DNA of 64,000 nucleotides from an uncultured Clostridia bacterium (GTDB taxonomy: Bacteria; Bacillota; Clostridia; Oscillospirales; CAG-272), in contig CANRKP010000001.1 of the NCBI GenBank assembly GCA_947631245.1, positions 44,028-108,027 on the forward strand. The letters run 5' to 3'. Position 1 is the first letter of the stretch. Each line of letters opens with the position of its first letter. The position numbers and the translations under genes are program-made. Below the pieces are notes generated by a model. It saw only the letters and a list, made by a program, of their open reading frames with translations. It had not been told where the DNA came from and made no database searches. Shown here in pieces: positions 26,352-35,387 of this stretch.

Positions 26352-27109
26352 CGCAGTATTCCGCAAAGACAGACCGCGGACAGAAGCGCGGTTCAAATCA
26401 GGACTCCTTCTCGACGCTCGAGATATCCCCCGACATGCATTTCTTTCTCGTCTGCGACGGGATGGGAGGCGCAAACGGAGGGGAGGAGGCGTCGCGCATA
26501 GCCTGCGAGGTCGCAACGGCGAGCATACGCCGCGACCTTGAGGTCGTGCTCGGTGATCCGGATCTCGACACCGATAAATATATACCGAAGATACTCTCCT
26601 ACGCGGCGCGGGAGGCAAACCTCGCCGTATACGACAGGGCGCAGGAAGAACCGTCCCTCAAGGGGATGGGGACGACGTTCGTCGCCGCCGTGATACGCAG
26701 GGACAAGCTGTACGCCGTAAACGTCGGAGACAGCAGGCTCTACATAATAAGGGACAACGACGCGCAGCAGGTCACCCGCGACCACTCCTACGTCCAGTAT
26801 CTCGTCGACATAGGTCTCATCACCTCCTCCGAGGCGCAGACCTCCTCGAAGCGCAACATCATAATGCGCGCGATAGGCGTTTACGAGACTGTCGAGCCCG
26901 ACACATACACCGTCAGCCTTGACAGCGGCTCCTACATCCTGCTCTGCTCCGACGGGCTATACACGATGGCGGGCGGCGCCGAGCTCATTTCGATAGTCAC
27001 CGGGGACGGCAGCCTCGACGAAAAGGCGGACGCCCTGATACGGGCGGCAAACGAGAACGGCGGCCGCGACAACATCACCGTTATCCTCGCGCACACCGAC
27101 GATAACTGA
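26348..27109 (+). CDS. PP2C-family Ser/Thr protein phosphatase (Stp/PrpC)
   Basis: Motifs FLVCDGMGG, GTTFVAA, NVGDSR, LCSDGL and GGRDNITV. The start overlaps the rlmN stop. Confidence 0.9.
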   Translation: MTQYSAKTDRGQKRGSNQDSFSTLEISPDMHFFLVCDGMGGANGGEEASRIACEVATASIRRDLEVVLGDPDLDTDKYIPKILSYAAREANLAVYDRAQEEPSLKGMGTTFVAAVIRRDKLYAVNVGDSRLYIIRDNDAQQVTRDHSYVQYLVDIGLITSSEAQTSSKRNIIMRAIGVYETVEPDTYTVSLDSGSYILLCSDGLYTMAGGAELISIVTGDGSLDEKADALIRAANENGGRDNITVILAHTDDN

Positions 27110-27123
27110 AGGGAGACGCTCAG

Positions 27124-28845
27124 ATGGAATCATATGAAAGACTCGTCGGGCAGACGCTCGACGGCAGATATAAAATAGAGCGCGTCGTCGGCATCGGCGG
27201 CATGGCGGTCGTTTTCCGCGCCTCCGACATCGTCGCGCACCGCACGGTGGCGATAAAGATGCTCAAGGAGGAGACGGCGAGGGACGAGGCGGCTGTCAGG
27301 CGCTTCATCAACGAATCAAAGGCGGTCGCGATGCTATCGCACCCCAATATAGTTTCGATATACGACGTCTCCGTCAGCGGAGAATCGAAATACATCGTCA
27401 TGGAGTTCATCGAGGGCATCACCCTCAAGAGCTACATGAAGAACAAGGGACCGCTCCCGTGGGGCGAGGCGGTCGGATACTGCAAGCAGGTGCTCCGCGC
27501 GCTGATCCACGCGCACGGACGCGGCATCGTCCACCGCGACATCAAGCCGCAGAACATAATGCTGCTCAATAACGGCGTCATAAAGGTCGCAGACTTCGGC
27601 ATCGCGAAGCTGCCGAACGCCGAGACAGTAACGATGACGGATCACGCGATCGGCACCGTTTACTACATCTCCCCCGAGCAGGCGAGCGGTCTTGAGATAG
27701 ACGCGCGCTCCGACATATATTCGACCGGCGTCCTCCTTTACGAAATGGCAACGGGGAGACTGCCGTTCAACGCGGAATCTCCCGTCTCCGTCGCCCTCAT
27801 GCAGATACAGGACACGCCTACCCCTCCGTCGGAGATAAATCCCGAAATACCGCACGGGCTCGAGCAGATAATCCTCACCGCGATGGAAAAGTCGCCGAAG
27901 AAGCGCTTTCAGACGGCGGAGCAGATGTTCCGCTGGCTCGACGCGCTCGAGCGCAACAGCTCGATAGTCTTCAAGCCGCTCTCAACCCCCATAGAGCAGA
28001 GGACGTCGGGGACCTCCTCAGGCAAAAAGCAGCAGAAGGAGCGGAGGACAGACAGGAATTATCTCGGAGCGTCTATGCTGCCGATAATACTCGGAGTTTC
28101 CTTCGCGTTCCTCTTCGCCTGCATAATCAGCGCCTATTATCTTTGGACGGAGGTGCTCTTCAACGAGGAGCTGAACAAGACCTACATCCTCACAGTCGAC
28201 AATTTCGTCGGCACGGAATACTACATCGGCATGGAGGACGCGCTTGCCGTGCGCGATTACGCAGTCACGATAGAATTCGTCTACGACGCCGAAACGCCGG
28301 CGGGCACCGTCATAGCGCAGGAGCCTAAGGCGAACGACAAGCGCCGCGTCGAAACGGGAAAGACGCCCTGCAAGCTCGAGCTGACCGTCAGCCGGGGCAC
28401 CGAGACGTTCCAGCTCCCCGACTGCCTGATGCAGGACTACCGCACGGTCGAGGACTCGCTCTCGAAGGTGTACGGCGTCGTCCCCGTCATAGTCGAGGAC
28501 TACAACGTCGCCGTCTCAAGCGGGCTCGTATACAGGACGGAGCCCGCGTCCGGCTCGACCGTGAAAATGGGGGACACCGTCACGCTTTACGTCAGCCGCG
28601 GCACCGAGATCGAGACGAAGATGGTGCCCGACTTCTACGGGCTCTCCGAGCTCGACGCGCGCATACAGATAGAAAAGAACAACCTTACGGTCGGCAGCGT
28701 CTCGTATGAGTATTCAAACGAACGCGCCGGCACCGTCATACGCCAGAGCCGCCGCGCCTTCGACTCCGTGCCGGAGGGCACCGCGATCGACTTCGTCGTC
28801 AGTCTCGGTCCCGAGACTGCGCCCGAGAACACGCCGCAGCCGTGA
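27124..28845 (+). CDS. prkC: Ser/Thr protein kinase with TM segment and extracellular PASTA repeats (PrkC/PknB type)
   Basis: Kinase motifs GIGGMAVVF, VAIK, HRDIKPQN, DFGIA and SPEQ. A central TM segment is followed by three PASTA-like repeats. Confidence 0.92.
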   Translation: MESYERLVGQTLDGRYKIERVVGIGGMAVVFRASDIVAHRTVAIKMLKEETARDEAAVRRFINESKAVAMLSHPNIVSIYDVSVSGESKYIVMEFIEGITLKSYMKNKGPLPWGEAVGYCKQVLRALIHAHGRGIVHRDIKPQNIMLLNNGVIKVADFGIAKLPNAETVTMTDHAIGTVYYISPEQASGLEIDARSDIYSTGVLLYEMATGRLPFNAESPVSVALMQIQDTPTPPSEINPEIPHGLEQIILTAMEKSPKKRFQTAEQMFRWLDALERNSSIVFKPLSTPIEQRTSGTSSGKKQQKERRTDRNYLGASMLPIILGVSFAFLFACIISAYYLWTEVLFNEELNKTYILTVDNFVGTEYYIGMEDALAVRDYAVTIEFVYDAETPAGTVIAQEPKANDKRRVETGKTPCKLELTVSRGTETFQLPDCLMQDYRTVEDSLSKVYGVVPVIVEDYNVAVSSGLVYRTEPASGSTVKMGDTVTLYVSRGTEIETKMVPDFYGLSELDARIQIEKNNLTVGSVSYEYSNERAGTVIRQSRRAFDSVPEGTAIDFVVSLGPETAPENTPQP

Positions 28846-29801
28846 CAGTAAAAGGCAGGCTGACGCGCGGCGTCGGCGGGCTTTACGCCGTGACCGCTCC
28901 CGACGGGAGCGAATACCTCTGCCGCGCGCGCGGTCACTTCCGCCGCGACGGCATCTCACCCACCGTCGGCGACATCGTGACCGTTCTTATCGGCGAGGAT
29001 ATCGAACCCGAAAAAGGTGAAAAAAAGGGGGGCGGCGCAAGCGGGAACGCCGACATTGACGGCGTCATTGACGAAATAGAACCGCGCAAAAATCTTCTGA
29101 TACGCCCACCGATGGCAAATCTAGACATCATCTTTGCCGTCATCCCCACCTGCCGTCCCGAGCCCGACCTGCTTCTCGTCGACAAGCTTTTGTCGATAGC
29201 GGAGCACGCGGACATAGACGCCGCAGTCATAATCACGAAATGCGAGCTCGACCCCGAGGCGGCAAAAAGGACGGCGGATATATACAGGCGCTCGGGATAC
29301 GGCGTTTTCCCCGTCAGCTCCTACGACGGGACGGGGACCGAGGCGCTCGGCGCCTTCATCGGCTCCCTCGGGGACGGCGCCGTGACGGCGTTCGCGGGCG
29401 CGTCGGGAGCCGGGAAATCGACGCTTCTGAACAGGCTCTTTCCCTCCCTTTCGCTCAAGACCGGGGAGCTTTCGCACAAGATATCGCGCGGCAGGCAGAC
29501 GACGCGCCACGTCGAGCTTTACCCGACGGGCAGCGGCGCCTATATCGCCGACACGCCGGGCTTTTCCCTTCTCGACTTTGAGAGATTCGACTTTTTCTCC
29601 GTCGAGGCGCTGCCGTTCACGTTCCGTGAATTCGAGCCGTACCACGGCAAGTGCAGGTATACGAAATGCACCCACGTCTGCGAGGACGGCTGCGCCGTCA
29701 TCGCCGCAGTCAACGAGGGGAAGATCCCCCGCTGCCGCCACGAGAGCTACCGCGTTCTTTACGACACGCTGAAAAACAAGCACCCTTGGGATAAAAAATA
29801 A
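28842..29801 (+). CDS. rsgA: ribosome small-subunit-dependent GTPase A
   Basis: Circularly permuted GTPase (ITKCEL, GASGAGKSTLLN) with a C-terminal Zn motif (CRYTKCTHVCEDGCAV). GTG start overlapping the prkC stop. Confidence 0.92.
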   Translation: MTVKGRLTRGVGGLYAVTAPDGSEYLCRARGHFRRDGISPTVGDIVTVLIGEDIEPEKGEKKGGGASGNADIDGVIDEIEPRKNLLIRPPMANLDIIFAVIPTCRPEPDLLLVDKLLSIAEHADIDAAVIITKCELDPEAAKRTADIYRRSGYGVFPVSSYDGTGTEALGAFIGSLGDGAVTAFAGASGAGKSTLLNRLFPSLSLKTGELSHKISRGRQTTRHVELYPTGSGAYIADTPGFSLLDFERFDFFSVEALPFTFREFEPYHGKCRYTKCTHVCEDGCAVIAAVNEGKIPRCRHESYRVLYDTLKNKHPWDKK

Positions 29802-29804
29802 AAA

Positions 29805-29848
29805 AGACCGGTGCCCGGCAAAAAGCCTAGGGGACCGGTCCTTTTTTC
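29805..29848 (+). terminator. probable terminator after rsgA
   Basis: A GACCGGT / ACCGGTC stem is followed by CTTTTTTCC. The stem is short and alternative folds are possible. Confidence 0.5.
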
Positions 29849-30045
29849 CGCCCGCAGCGCGCGTTATTTTTTTACGCCGAAGATGCGCTTTAAGAGCGGC
29901 ACGAAGAATTTCGGCGGTCTGACTACTACTATCTTCACCTCTGAATACCTCCGTTCGGAGCTTTCTCATATGACATAATATGCGCCCGCCCGCCGCCGCG
30001 TGCCTTGATTTTACGCGCCTTTTTTTCAAAATAATTTCCTCGGCG

Positions 30046-30074
30046 TTGATACATCCGTCAAAATATGATAAAAT
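30046..30074 (+). promoter_or_regulatory. promoter of yifB/comM-like gene
   Basis: TTGATA, 17 nt, TAAAAT, with an upstream TGn extended -10. Confidence 0.6.
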
Positions 30075-30120
30075 AAGAGAAATGATGCGTTTATGATTTA
30101 ATATTTATGGGGGACATATA

Positions 30121-31683
30121 ATGCTGTCGGCAGTTTTTTGCGCCGGTATCTCGGGAATAGACGGATTTATGGTTACGGCGGAATGCAGCGCCACGGGCGC
30201 GCTCCCGTGTTTTGAGGTGGTCGGTCTGCCGGACGCCGCGGTCCGCGAGTCTAAGGAGCGCATACGCGCCGCCGTCGAAAACAGCGCGTTTCGCTTTCCC
30301 GAAGCGGCGCTGACTCTCAATCTCGCGCCCGCGGACAGAAAAAAGGAGGGCTCCTCCTATGACCTCGCGATGCTCACCGCCATACTTCACGCCGGCGGCG
30401 TCATCGACCGCGAAACGGACCTTTCCGACAAATGCTTCTCCGGCGAGCTCTCCCTCTCCGGCAATATACGCCCCGTCCGCGGCGTTCTCTGCATGTGCGT
30501 CGCCGCGCGCGACGCGGGACTGCGCGAATTCTACACCGCGCCCGAAAACGCCGCCGAAGCCGCGGTCGTCGATGGCATGACGGTCTACGCCGTGCCCGAC
30601 GTAAGGGCGCTCGTCTCGCACCTTAACGGGGAGACGCCGCTTGCGCCGTATGCCGCCGAGCCGGAGGAAGAAAGCGAACCGTTCGCGGGACTTGATTTTG
30701 CCGACGTCAAGGGGCAGGAAAGAGTCAAGCGCGCCCTCGAAATAGCCGCCGCGGGCGGGCACAACGTTCTTCTCATCGGTCCTCCCGGCACGGGAAAATC
30801 CATGCTCGCGAAAAGGCTCCCCTCGATACTTCCGCCGCTCTCGTTTGAAGAGTCTCTCGAGGTGACAAAGGTCCATTCCGTTTCCGGCATCCTGCCTCCG
30901 GGCACGGGTCTCGTCAAGACGCGCCCGTTCCGCTCGCCGCACCATACGATGTCGGCGCCGTCTCTCGTCGGAGGCGGAAAAATCCCGACACCGGGCGAGA
31001 TCTCGCTAGCGCACAACGGCGTTTTGTTCCTCGACGAGCTGCCCGAATTTTCAAAATCGGTGACGGAGTCTCTGCGGCAGCCGCTCGAGGACAGGCGCGT
31101 CACGATAACGCGCGCGAACGGCCGCGTCACATACCCGTCCTCGTTCCAGCTCGTCTGCGCCATGAATCCGTGCCGCTGCGGGTACTACGGTCATCCCACG
31201 CACCCGTGCACATGCTCCGAGGGCGACATACATAAGTATTTATCGAAGATAAGCGGGCCCCTGCTCGACAGGATAGACATACAGGTAGAGGTGCCGTCGC
31301 TTTCGTACTCCGAGCTCGCATCGGGCGGAAGACCCGCCGAGAGCTCCGCCGCGATACGCGAACGCGTCATAAAGGCGCGCAAAATCGCGTCCGAACGGCT
31401 TGCCGTCACAATGGACGACCCCGACGGCGACATTCCCGTCGGCGGCGTCCGCTGCAACGCGGACCTTACGCCCCGTCTCATCCGCCGCTTCTGCCGCCCG
31501 GACGAGGGCGCCTCCCGCATCCTCGAGGGCGCTTTCTCCAAAATGGGACTGTCTGCGCGCGCATACGACAGGATACTCCGCGTCGCGCGCACGATAGCGG
31601 ACCTCGACGGCTCGGACGATATCAGGGCGTCGCACGTCGCCGAGGCGGTCCAGCTCCGCTCCCTCGACAGAAAATACTGGTGA
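30121..31683 (+). CDS. YifB/ComM family Mg-chelatase-like AAA ATPase
   Basis: The N-terminal Lon-protease-like domain reads [19 protein letters not shown]. Walker A is GPPGTGKSM and Walker B is [12 protein letters not shown]-terminal ChlI-like helix bundle is present. Confidence 0.92.
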   Translation: MLSAVFCAGISGIDGFMVTAECSATGALPCFEVVGLPDAAVRESKERIRAAVENSAFRFPEAALTLNLAPADRKKEGSSYDLAMLTAILHAGGVIDRETDLSDKCFSGELSLSGNIRPVRGVLCMCVAARDAGLREFYTAPENAAEAAVVDGMTVYAVPDVRALVSHLNGETPLAPYAAEPEEESEPFAGLDFADVKGQERVKRALEIAAAGGHNVLLIGPPGTGKSMLAKRLPSILPPLSFEESLEVTKVHSVSGILPPGTGLVKTRPFRSPHHTMSAPSLVGGGKIPTPGEISLAHNGVLFLDELPEFSKSVTESLRQPLEDRRVTITRANGRVTYPSSFQLVCAMNPCRCGYYGHPTHPCTCSEGDIHKYLSKISGPLLDRIDIQVEVPSLSYSELASGGRPAESSAAIRERVIKARKIASERLAVTMDDPDGDIPVGGVRCNADLTPRLIRRFCRPDEGASRILEGAFSKMGLSARAYDRILRVARTIADLDGSDDIRASHVAEAVQLRSLDRKYW

Positions 31684-31714
31684 AAAACTCCGCGTTAAAT
31701 GCAGGTCAGAAAAA

Positions 31715-32599
31715 ATGAAAAAGCTGCACATAATGAACCCCGCCGCAGGACGCGGCGCGCTCCCCGACCTCTCCTCGCTCGAAGGTGAAGCATATATTAC
31801 AAAAGCCCCCGGCGACGCCGTTCGTTTTCTTCGGGAGCGCCTTTCCTCCGACGAGGACGAATACCGCGTCTTCGCCTACGGCGGCGACGGAACGCTGAAC
31901 GAGGTCGTCACGGGCATTATGCACGCCGGCGCGGGCCGCCGCTGCGTCCTCTCGCCGGTGCCGACCGGCAGCGGGAATGATTTTGCGCGCGTTCTTGACG
32001 GGAACTGTGGCATTTTTGACTGCGACGTCATAAAATATAACGAACGCTACGCAATAAACGAGATCAACACGGGCTTTGACACAGGCGTCGTCGTGAGAAC
32101 TAACGACATAAAGCGCTTTCCCTTGATAAAAGGGACCGCCGCATACATACTCGGCGTCGTAGGCGAGCTTATACAAAAGAAGGCGTCCGAGCTGAAGCTG
32201 ACGCTGCTCGGCGTCGACGGAAAAGAGGAGACGTTTGAGGGCAAATATCTTCTCTGCCTCCTTTCAAACGGCTCATTTTACGGCGGCGGCTTCAAGGCGG
32301 CGCCGACGGCGGAAATATCGGACGGCGTGCTCGACTTCTTTTTGGCGAGCGACATGAGCCGCACGCGCTTTCTCGGTCTTGTCGGCAAATACCGCGCCGG
32401 CGAGCACCTCACGAAAGACGGCGCCGTCATACAAAAGGCCGCCGACGTCCTTATATACCGCCGCTGCGTCTCGCTCCGCCTTGAGGGAATGAAACGGTTC
32501 TCCGCCGACGGCGAGGTATACGGCGCGGACGAGGGCTATGTGATCGAAGCCTCGGTTGTTCCGTCAGCGTTGAGAGTTGCTCCCGCAAGGGAGGACTGA
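31715..32599 (+). CDS. diacylglycerol kinase family lipid kinase (YegS/DagK-like)
   Basis: GGDGTLNEVV motif, PTGSGNDFAR, and ~294 aa in length. Confidence 0.85.
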   Translation: MKKLHIMNPAAGRGALPDLSSLEGEAYITKAPGDAVRFLRERLSSDEDEYRVFAYGGDGTLNEVVTGIMHAGAGRRCVLSPVPTGSGNDFARVLDGNCGIFDCDVIKYNERYAINEINTGFDTGVVVRTNDIKRFPLIKGTAAYILGVVGELIQKKASELKLTLLGVDGKEETFEGKYLLCLLSNGSFYGGGFKAAPTAEISDGVLDFFLASDMSRTRFLGLVGKYRAGEHLTKDGAVIQKAADVLIYRRCVSLRLEGMKRFSADGEVYGADEGYVIEASVVPSALRVAPARED

Positions 32600-32627
32600 T
32601 GCAATATCTGACCCCGGAGAAAAAAAT

Positions 32628-33557
32628 ATGCACAAATTTTTTGACCTGCACTGCGACACCGTTCACAAAATCCCGGAGGACGGCGGGATGCTCTCCCTTC
32701 CGTCCGCACATGTTGATATCGAAAGGCTGGAGGCGGGCGGATACGGACTTATGACGTTTGCCGCGTTCGTGAACGCAGGCCGCACCGACGACCCATACGG
32801 CGACTGCCTCCGCCTGATCGAACGCATGAACACCGCCGTAAACGAAAGCGGCGGCAGGCTCGCGCATGTCACGACGAAAAGGTCCCTTGCCGAAAACGAA
32901 AAAAACGGCGCCATATCGGCGCTTTTGTCCGCGGAGGAAGGCGGCGTCATTGAGGACGACCTATCGCGGATAGATGAGCTCTTCCGCCTCGGCGTCCGCA
33001 TGATGACGTTCACATGGAATTACGACAACGACATCGCGGGCTCCGCGAACGGAGAGGAAAAATACGGGCTTTCCGACTTCGGACGGGAATTTCTCGGCAG
33101 GCTTGAGGGGGCGGGCATAATTGCCGACGTGTCCCACCTTTCCGACAAGGGCTTCTACGACGTCGCCGAGGCGGCGACGCGACCGTTCGTCGCCAGCCAC
33201 AGCAACGCGCGCGCCGTCTTTTCACATCCCCGCAATCTCACCGACGACATGATACGCATAATAGGCGGCCGCGGCGGCATCATAGGGCTGAACTTCTGCG
33301 CCGATTTCATCGGCGGGGACGGCGGTCTTGATATGCTGTGCCGCCACGCCCGCGAGCTTGCCGACTGCGGCGGCATAGAATGCGTCGCCATAGGCGGCGA
33401 CTTTGACGGCATACCGACGAACCCCGCCATCCCCGACTGTTCAGCCCTGCCCACGCTGTCCTGCGCGCTCTCCGATTTCGGCTTCACATCTCGCGAGGTC
33501 GACCTTATAACGGGCGGCAACGCGGAGCGGTTCCTCGCCGAAAATCTGCCGGAATAG
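32628..33557 (+). CDS. membrane dipeptidase family (peptidase M19) protein
   Basis: FFDLHCDT at the N-terminus, DVSHLSDKGFYD and ASHSNARA motifs. The start is set at the ATG at 32628. Confidence 0.85.
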   Translation: MHKFFDLHCDTVHKIPEDGGMLSLPSAHVDIERLEAGGYGLMTFAAFVNAGRTDDPYGDCLRLIERMNTAVNESGGRLAHVTTKRSLAENEKNGAISALLSAEEGGVIEDDLSRIDELFRLGVRMMTFTWNYDNDIAGSANGEEKYGLSDFGREFLGRLEGAGIIADVSHLSDKGFYDVAEAATRPFVASHSNARAVFSHPRNLTDDMIRIIGGRGGIIGLNFCADFIGGDGGLDMLCRHARELADCGGIECVAIGGDFDGIPTNPAIPDCSALPTLSCALSDFGFTSREVDLITGGNAERFLAENLPE

Positions 33558-33570
33558 AAGGGATCCTGTC

Positions 33571-34644
33571 TCAGTAAAATATCGTCTCGCGGCGCTTTTT
33601 TGTGACGCCGGGGAGATACGTCCCCGCCTCGAGCCTGCTGCCCGACGGGATGAACGCGCCCTCTCCGATAACGCAGCCGCTCCCGATGACGACGCCGTCG
33701 CCGACGGTGACGCCGCGGCAGAATATCGTATCCTCCGCCCTCACCTCGACGCCGAGCGTCACGCCTCTGCCGAGCACGCAGCCCGTGAGCACGGTCCCCG
33801 CGCCCGCGCGGCAGTCCTCGGAAACTATGGCTCCCGTGGGGGACACCGCCGCCGTGACGCCTCTTATCTTGTTTTTCGCCGCGTCAAAGCAGGCGCGGCG
33901 ATACGTTTCCGGCGTGCCTATGTCGCACCAATAGCCCTTGGCCTCATATCCGAAGACGTCAAGCCCGCGCTCCAGCATAAGGGGGAAAAGGTCGCGACCG
34001 AAATCGTATTCGCGGCGCGGTATCATCGATACCGCGTTTTTTGAAAGGATATATATCCCCGTATTCACGAGCGCCTGTCCGCGTCTGTCGCGCGGCTTTT
34101 CCTCAAAAGACACGATCCTTTTATACGCGTCGGGCGCGCCGCTTTCTATCGGGCAGGCGTCGTCGGAGCACGCCTCCGCCTCGGTACTGACGCAGCCGTA
34201 TTTCCACGGCTCGTCCGACACTGTCAAAAGCAGCGTCGCGTCGGCGCCCGTTTCCCTGTGCGCCGAAAGCGCGGGGCGAAGGTCGAAATCGCAGACCGAG
34301 TCGCCGGAAAGAACTATGAGTTCTTCAAAAGTGTCGTCGTAAAACCGCTCTCCTACGGCTGCGGCCACGCTGCCCGCCGTCCCGAGCGGCGCGTCTTCGA
34401 TATAATAATCGAGCGACACGCCGAAGCTCTCTTTTCCGAAGCGGTCAACGATGTCCTCGTATCTGTACTGTACCGTGATGCCGACCTCGCGAAGCCCCGC
34501 CTCGCCCGCCATTCGGAGCGCGAAGCCGAGCGCGGGGATGCCGCCGACCTCGAGGTTCGGCTTCGGCATTGTATCCGTTATGGGGCGCAGTCTTTCTCCG
34601 CGTCCGCCCGCCATTATTACGGCGGCTGTCTTTTTCTCTGTCAT
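33571..34644 (-). CDS. sugar-phosphate nucleotidyltransferase with C-terminal left-handed beta-helix domain
   Basis: The N-terminal segment AVIMAGGRGERLRPITDTMPKPNLEVGG is the NTP-transferase signature. The C-terminus has hexapeptide-type repeats. Confidence 0.85.
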   Translation of the reverse strand: MTEKKTAAVIMAGGRGERLRPITDTMPKPNLEVGGIPALGFALRMAGEAGLREVGITVQYRYEDIVDRFGKESFGVSLDYYIEDAPLGTAGSVAAAVGERFYDDTFEELIVLSGDSVCDFDLRPALSAHRETGADATLLLTVSDEPWKYGCVSTEAEACSDDACPIESGAPDAYKRIVSFEEKPRDRRGQALVNTGIYILSKNAVSMIPRREYDFGRDLFPLMLERGLDVFGYEAKGYWCDIGTPETYRRACFDAAKNKIRGVTAAVSPTGAIVSEDCRAGAGTVLTGCVLGRGVTLGVEVRAEDTIFCRGVTVGDGVVIGSGCVIGEGAFIPSGSRLEAGTYLPGVTKKRRETIFY

Positions 34645-34812
34645 ATGATAAAACGCGCGGGCACATCTCCCGCGGTACCTTTCTTCGTTTGCTGTGACTT
34701 ATTTTGCGTGCGGAGCGTTTTTTTTATTCGCCGCCGCACGCGGCGGTGAATATTCAAAAAAAGGCAGGCAATAATAGGTAGTGTTGAGAGCCTGATTTCG
34801 GAGTGAGAACAA

Positions 34813-35091
34813 ATGCTTAAAGGCTGCGAGCGTAGAATGATAAAAATAGAGAACACGGACAGCGAGCTTTTCGAATCCGCGTATTTCATAATAAGGCAGA
34901 ACGTGCCGCTTCCGAAAAAGAAACGGCGCGAGGATATGCTGCGCGAGGCGGAGCGCATCGTTTCCGACAAGACGGTGCCGGGTGAGACAAAAAGGCGCTC
35001 AGGCAGGCGGCTTTTTATAGAACGCGCGTCCTTCTTCGCGTCAGGCGCCGCGGTCTCCGCCGTCGTCGCTCTACTGCTGCGGCTTTTGTAG
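34813..35091 (+). CDS. hypothetical small protein with C-terminal TM segment
   Basis: A GGAGTGAG RBS lies 5 nt upstream. The charged N-terminal region is followed by a hydrophobic tail (ASFFASGAAVSAVVALLL). No motif recognised. Confidence 0.45.
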   Translation: MLKGCERRMIKIENTDSELFESAYFIIRQNVPLPKKKRREDMLREAERIVSDKTVPGETKRRSGRRLFIERASFFASGAAVSAVVALLLRLL

Positions 35092-35387
35092 TCTCTACTT
35101 GACAAACGGGGCGCTTTTGTGTTAAACTATGACGCAGGGTCAAGCGCCCCCTTTAATTTAGGCTTTTCGGCGCGCGGGCTGACGCGCCGGTAAATATATT
35201 TTCCCCGTTTTTCCTACATAAATTTCACAAAGATCATTTGAGGAAACACGCGTTTTCCTCTTTTTAGGCATGCACATTTTTTGATCAGACGCGTCCGTCT
35301 TTCGCGTACGTCTTTGTCCGTCGGCAAAAGGCGGGCGACGTCCCATGCGTCTTTATGTACCTGCCATTTTTTAGAGAAAGGACTTAT

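Noticed and set aside
29121-30029. 302-aa minus-strand ORF spanning the rsgA 3' half and the rsgA-yifB intergenic region
   Set aside because: It is antisense to a well-supported GTPase gene and reads through its terminator. The translation is Arg-rich.
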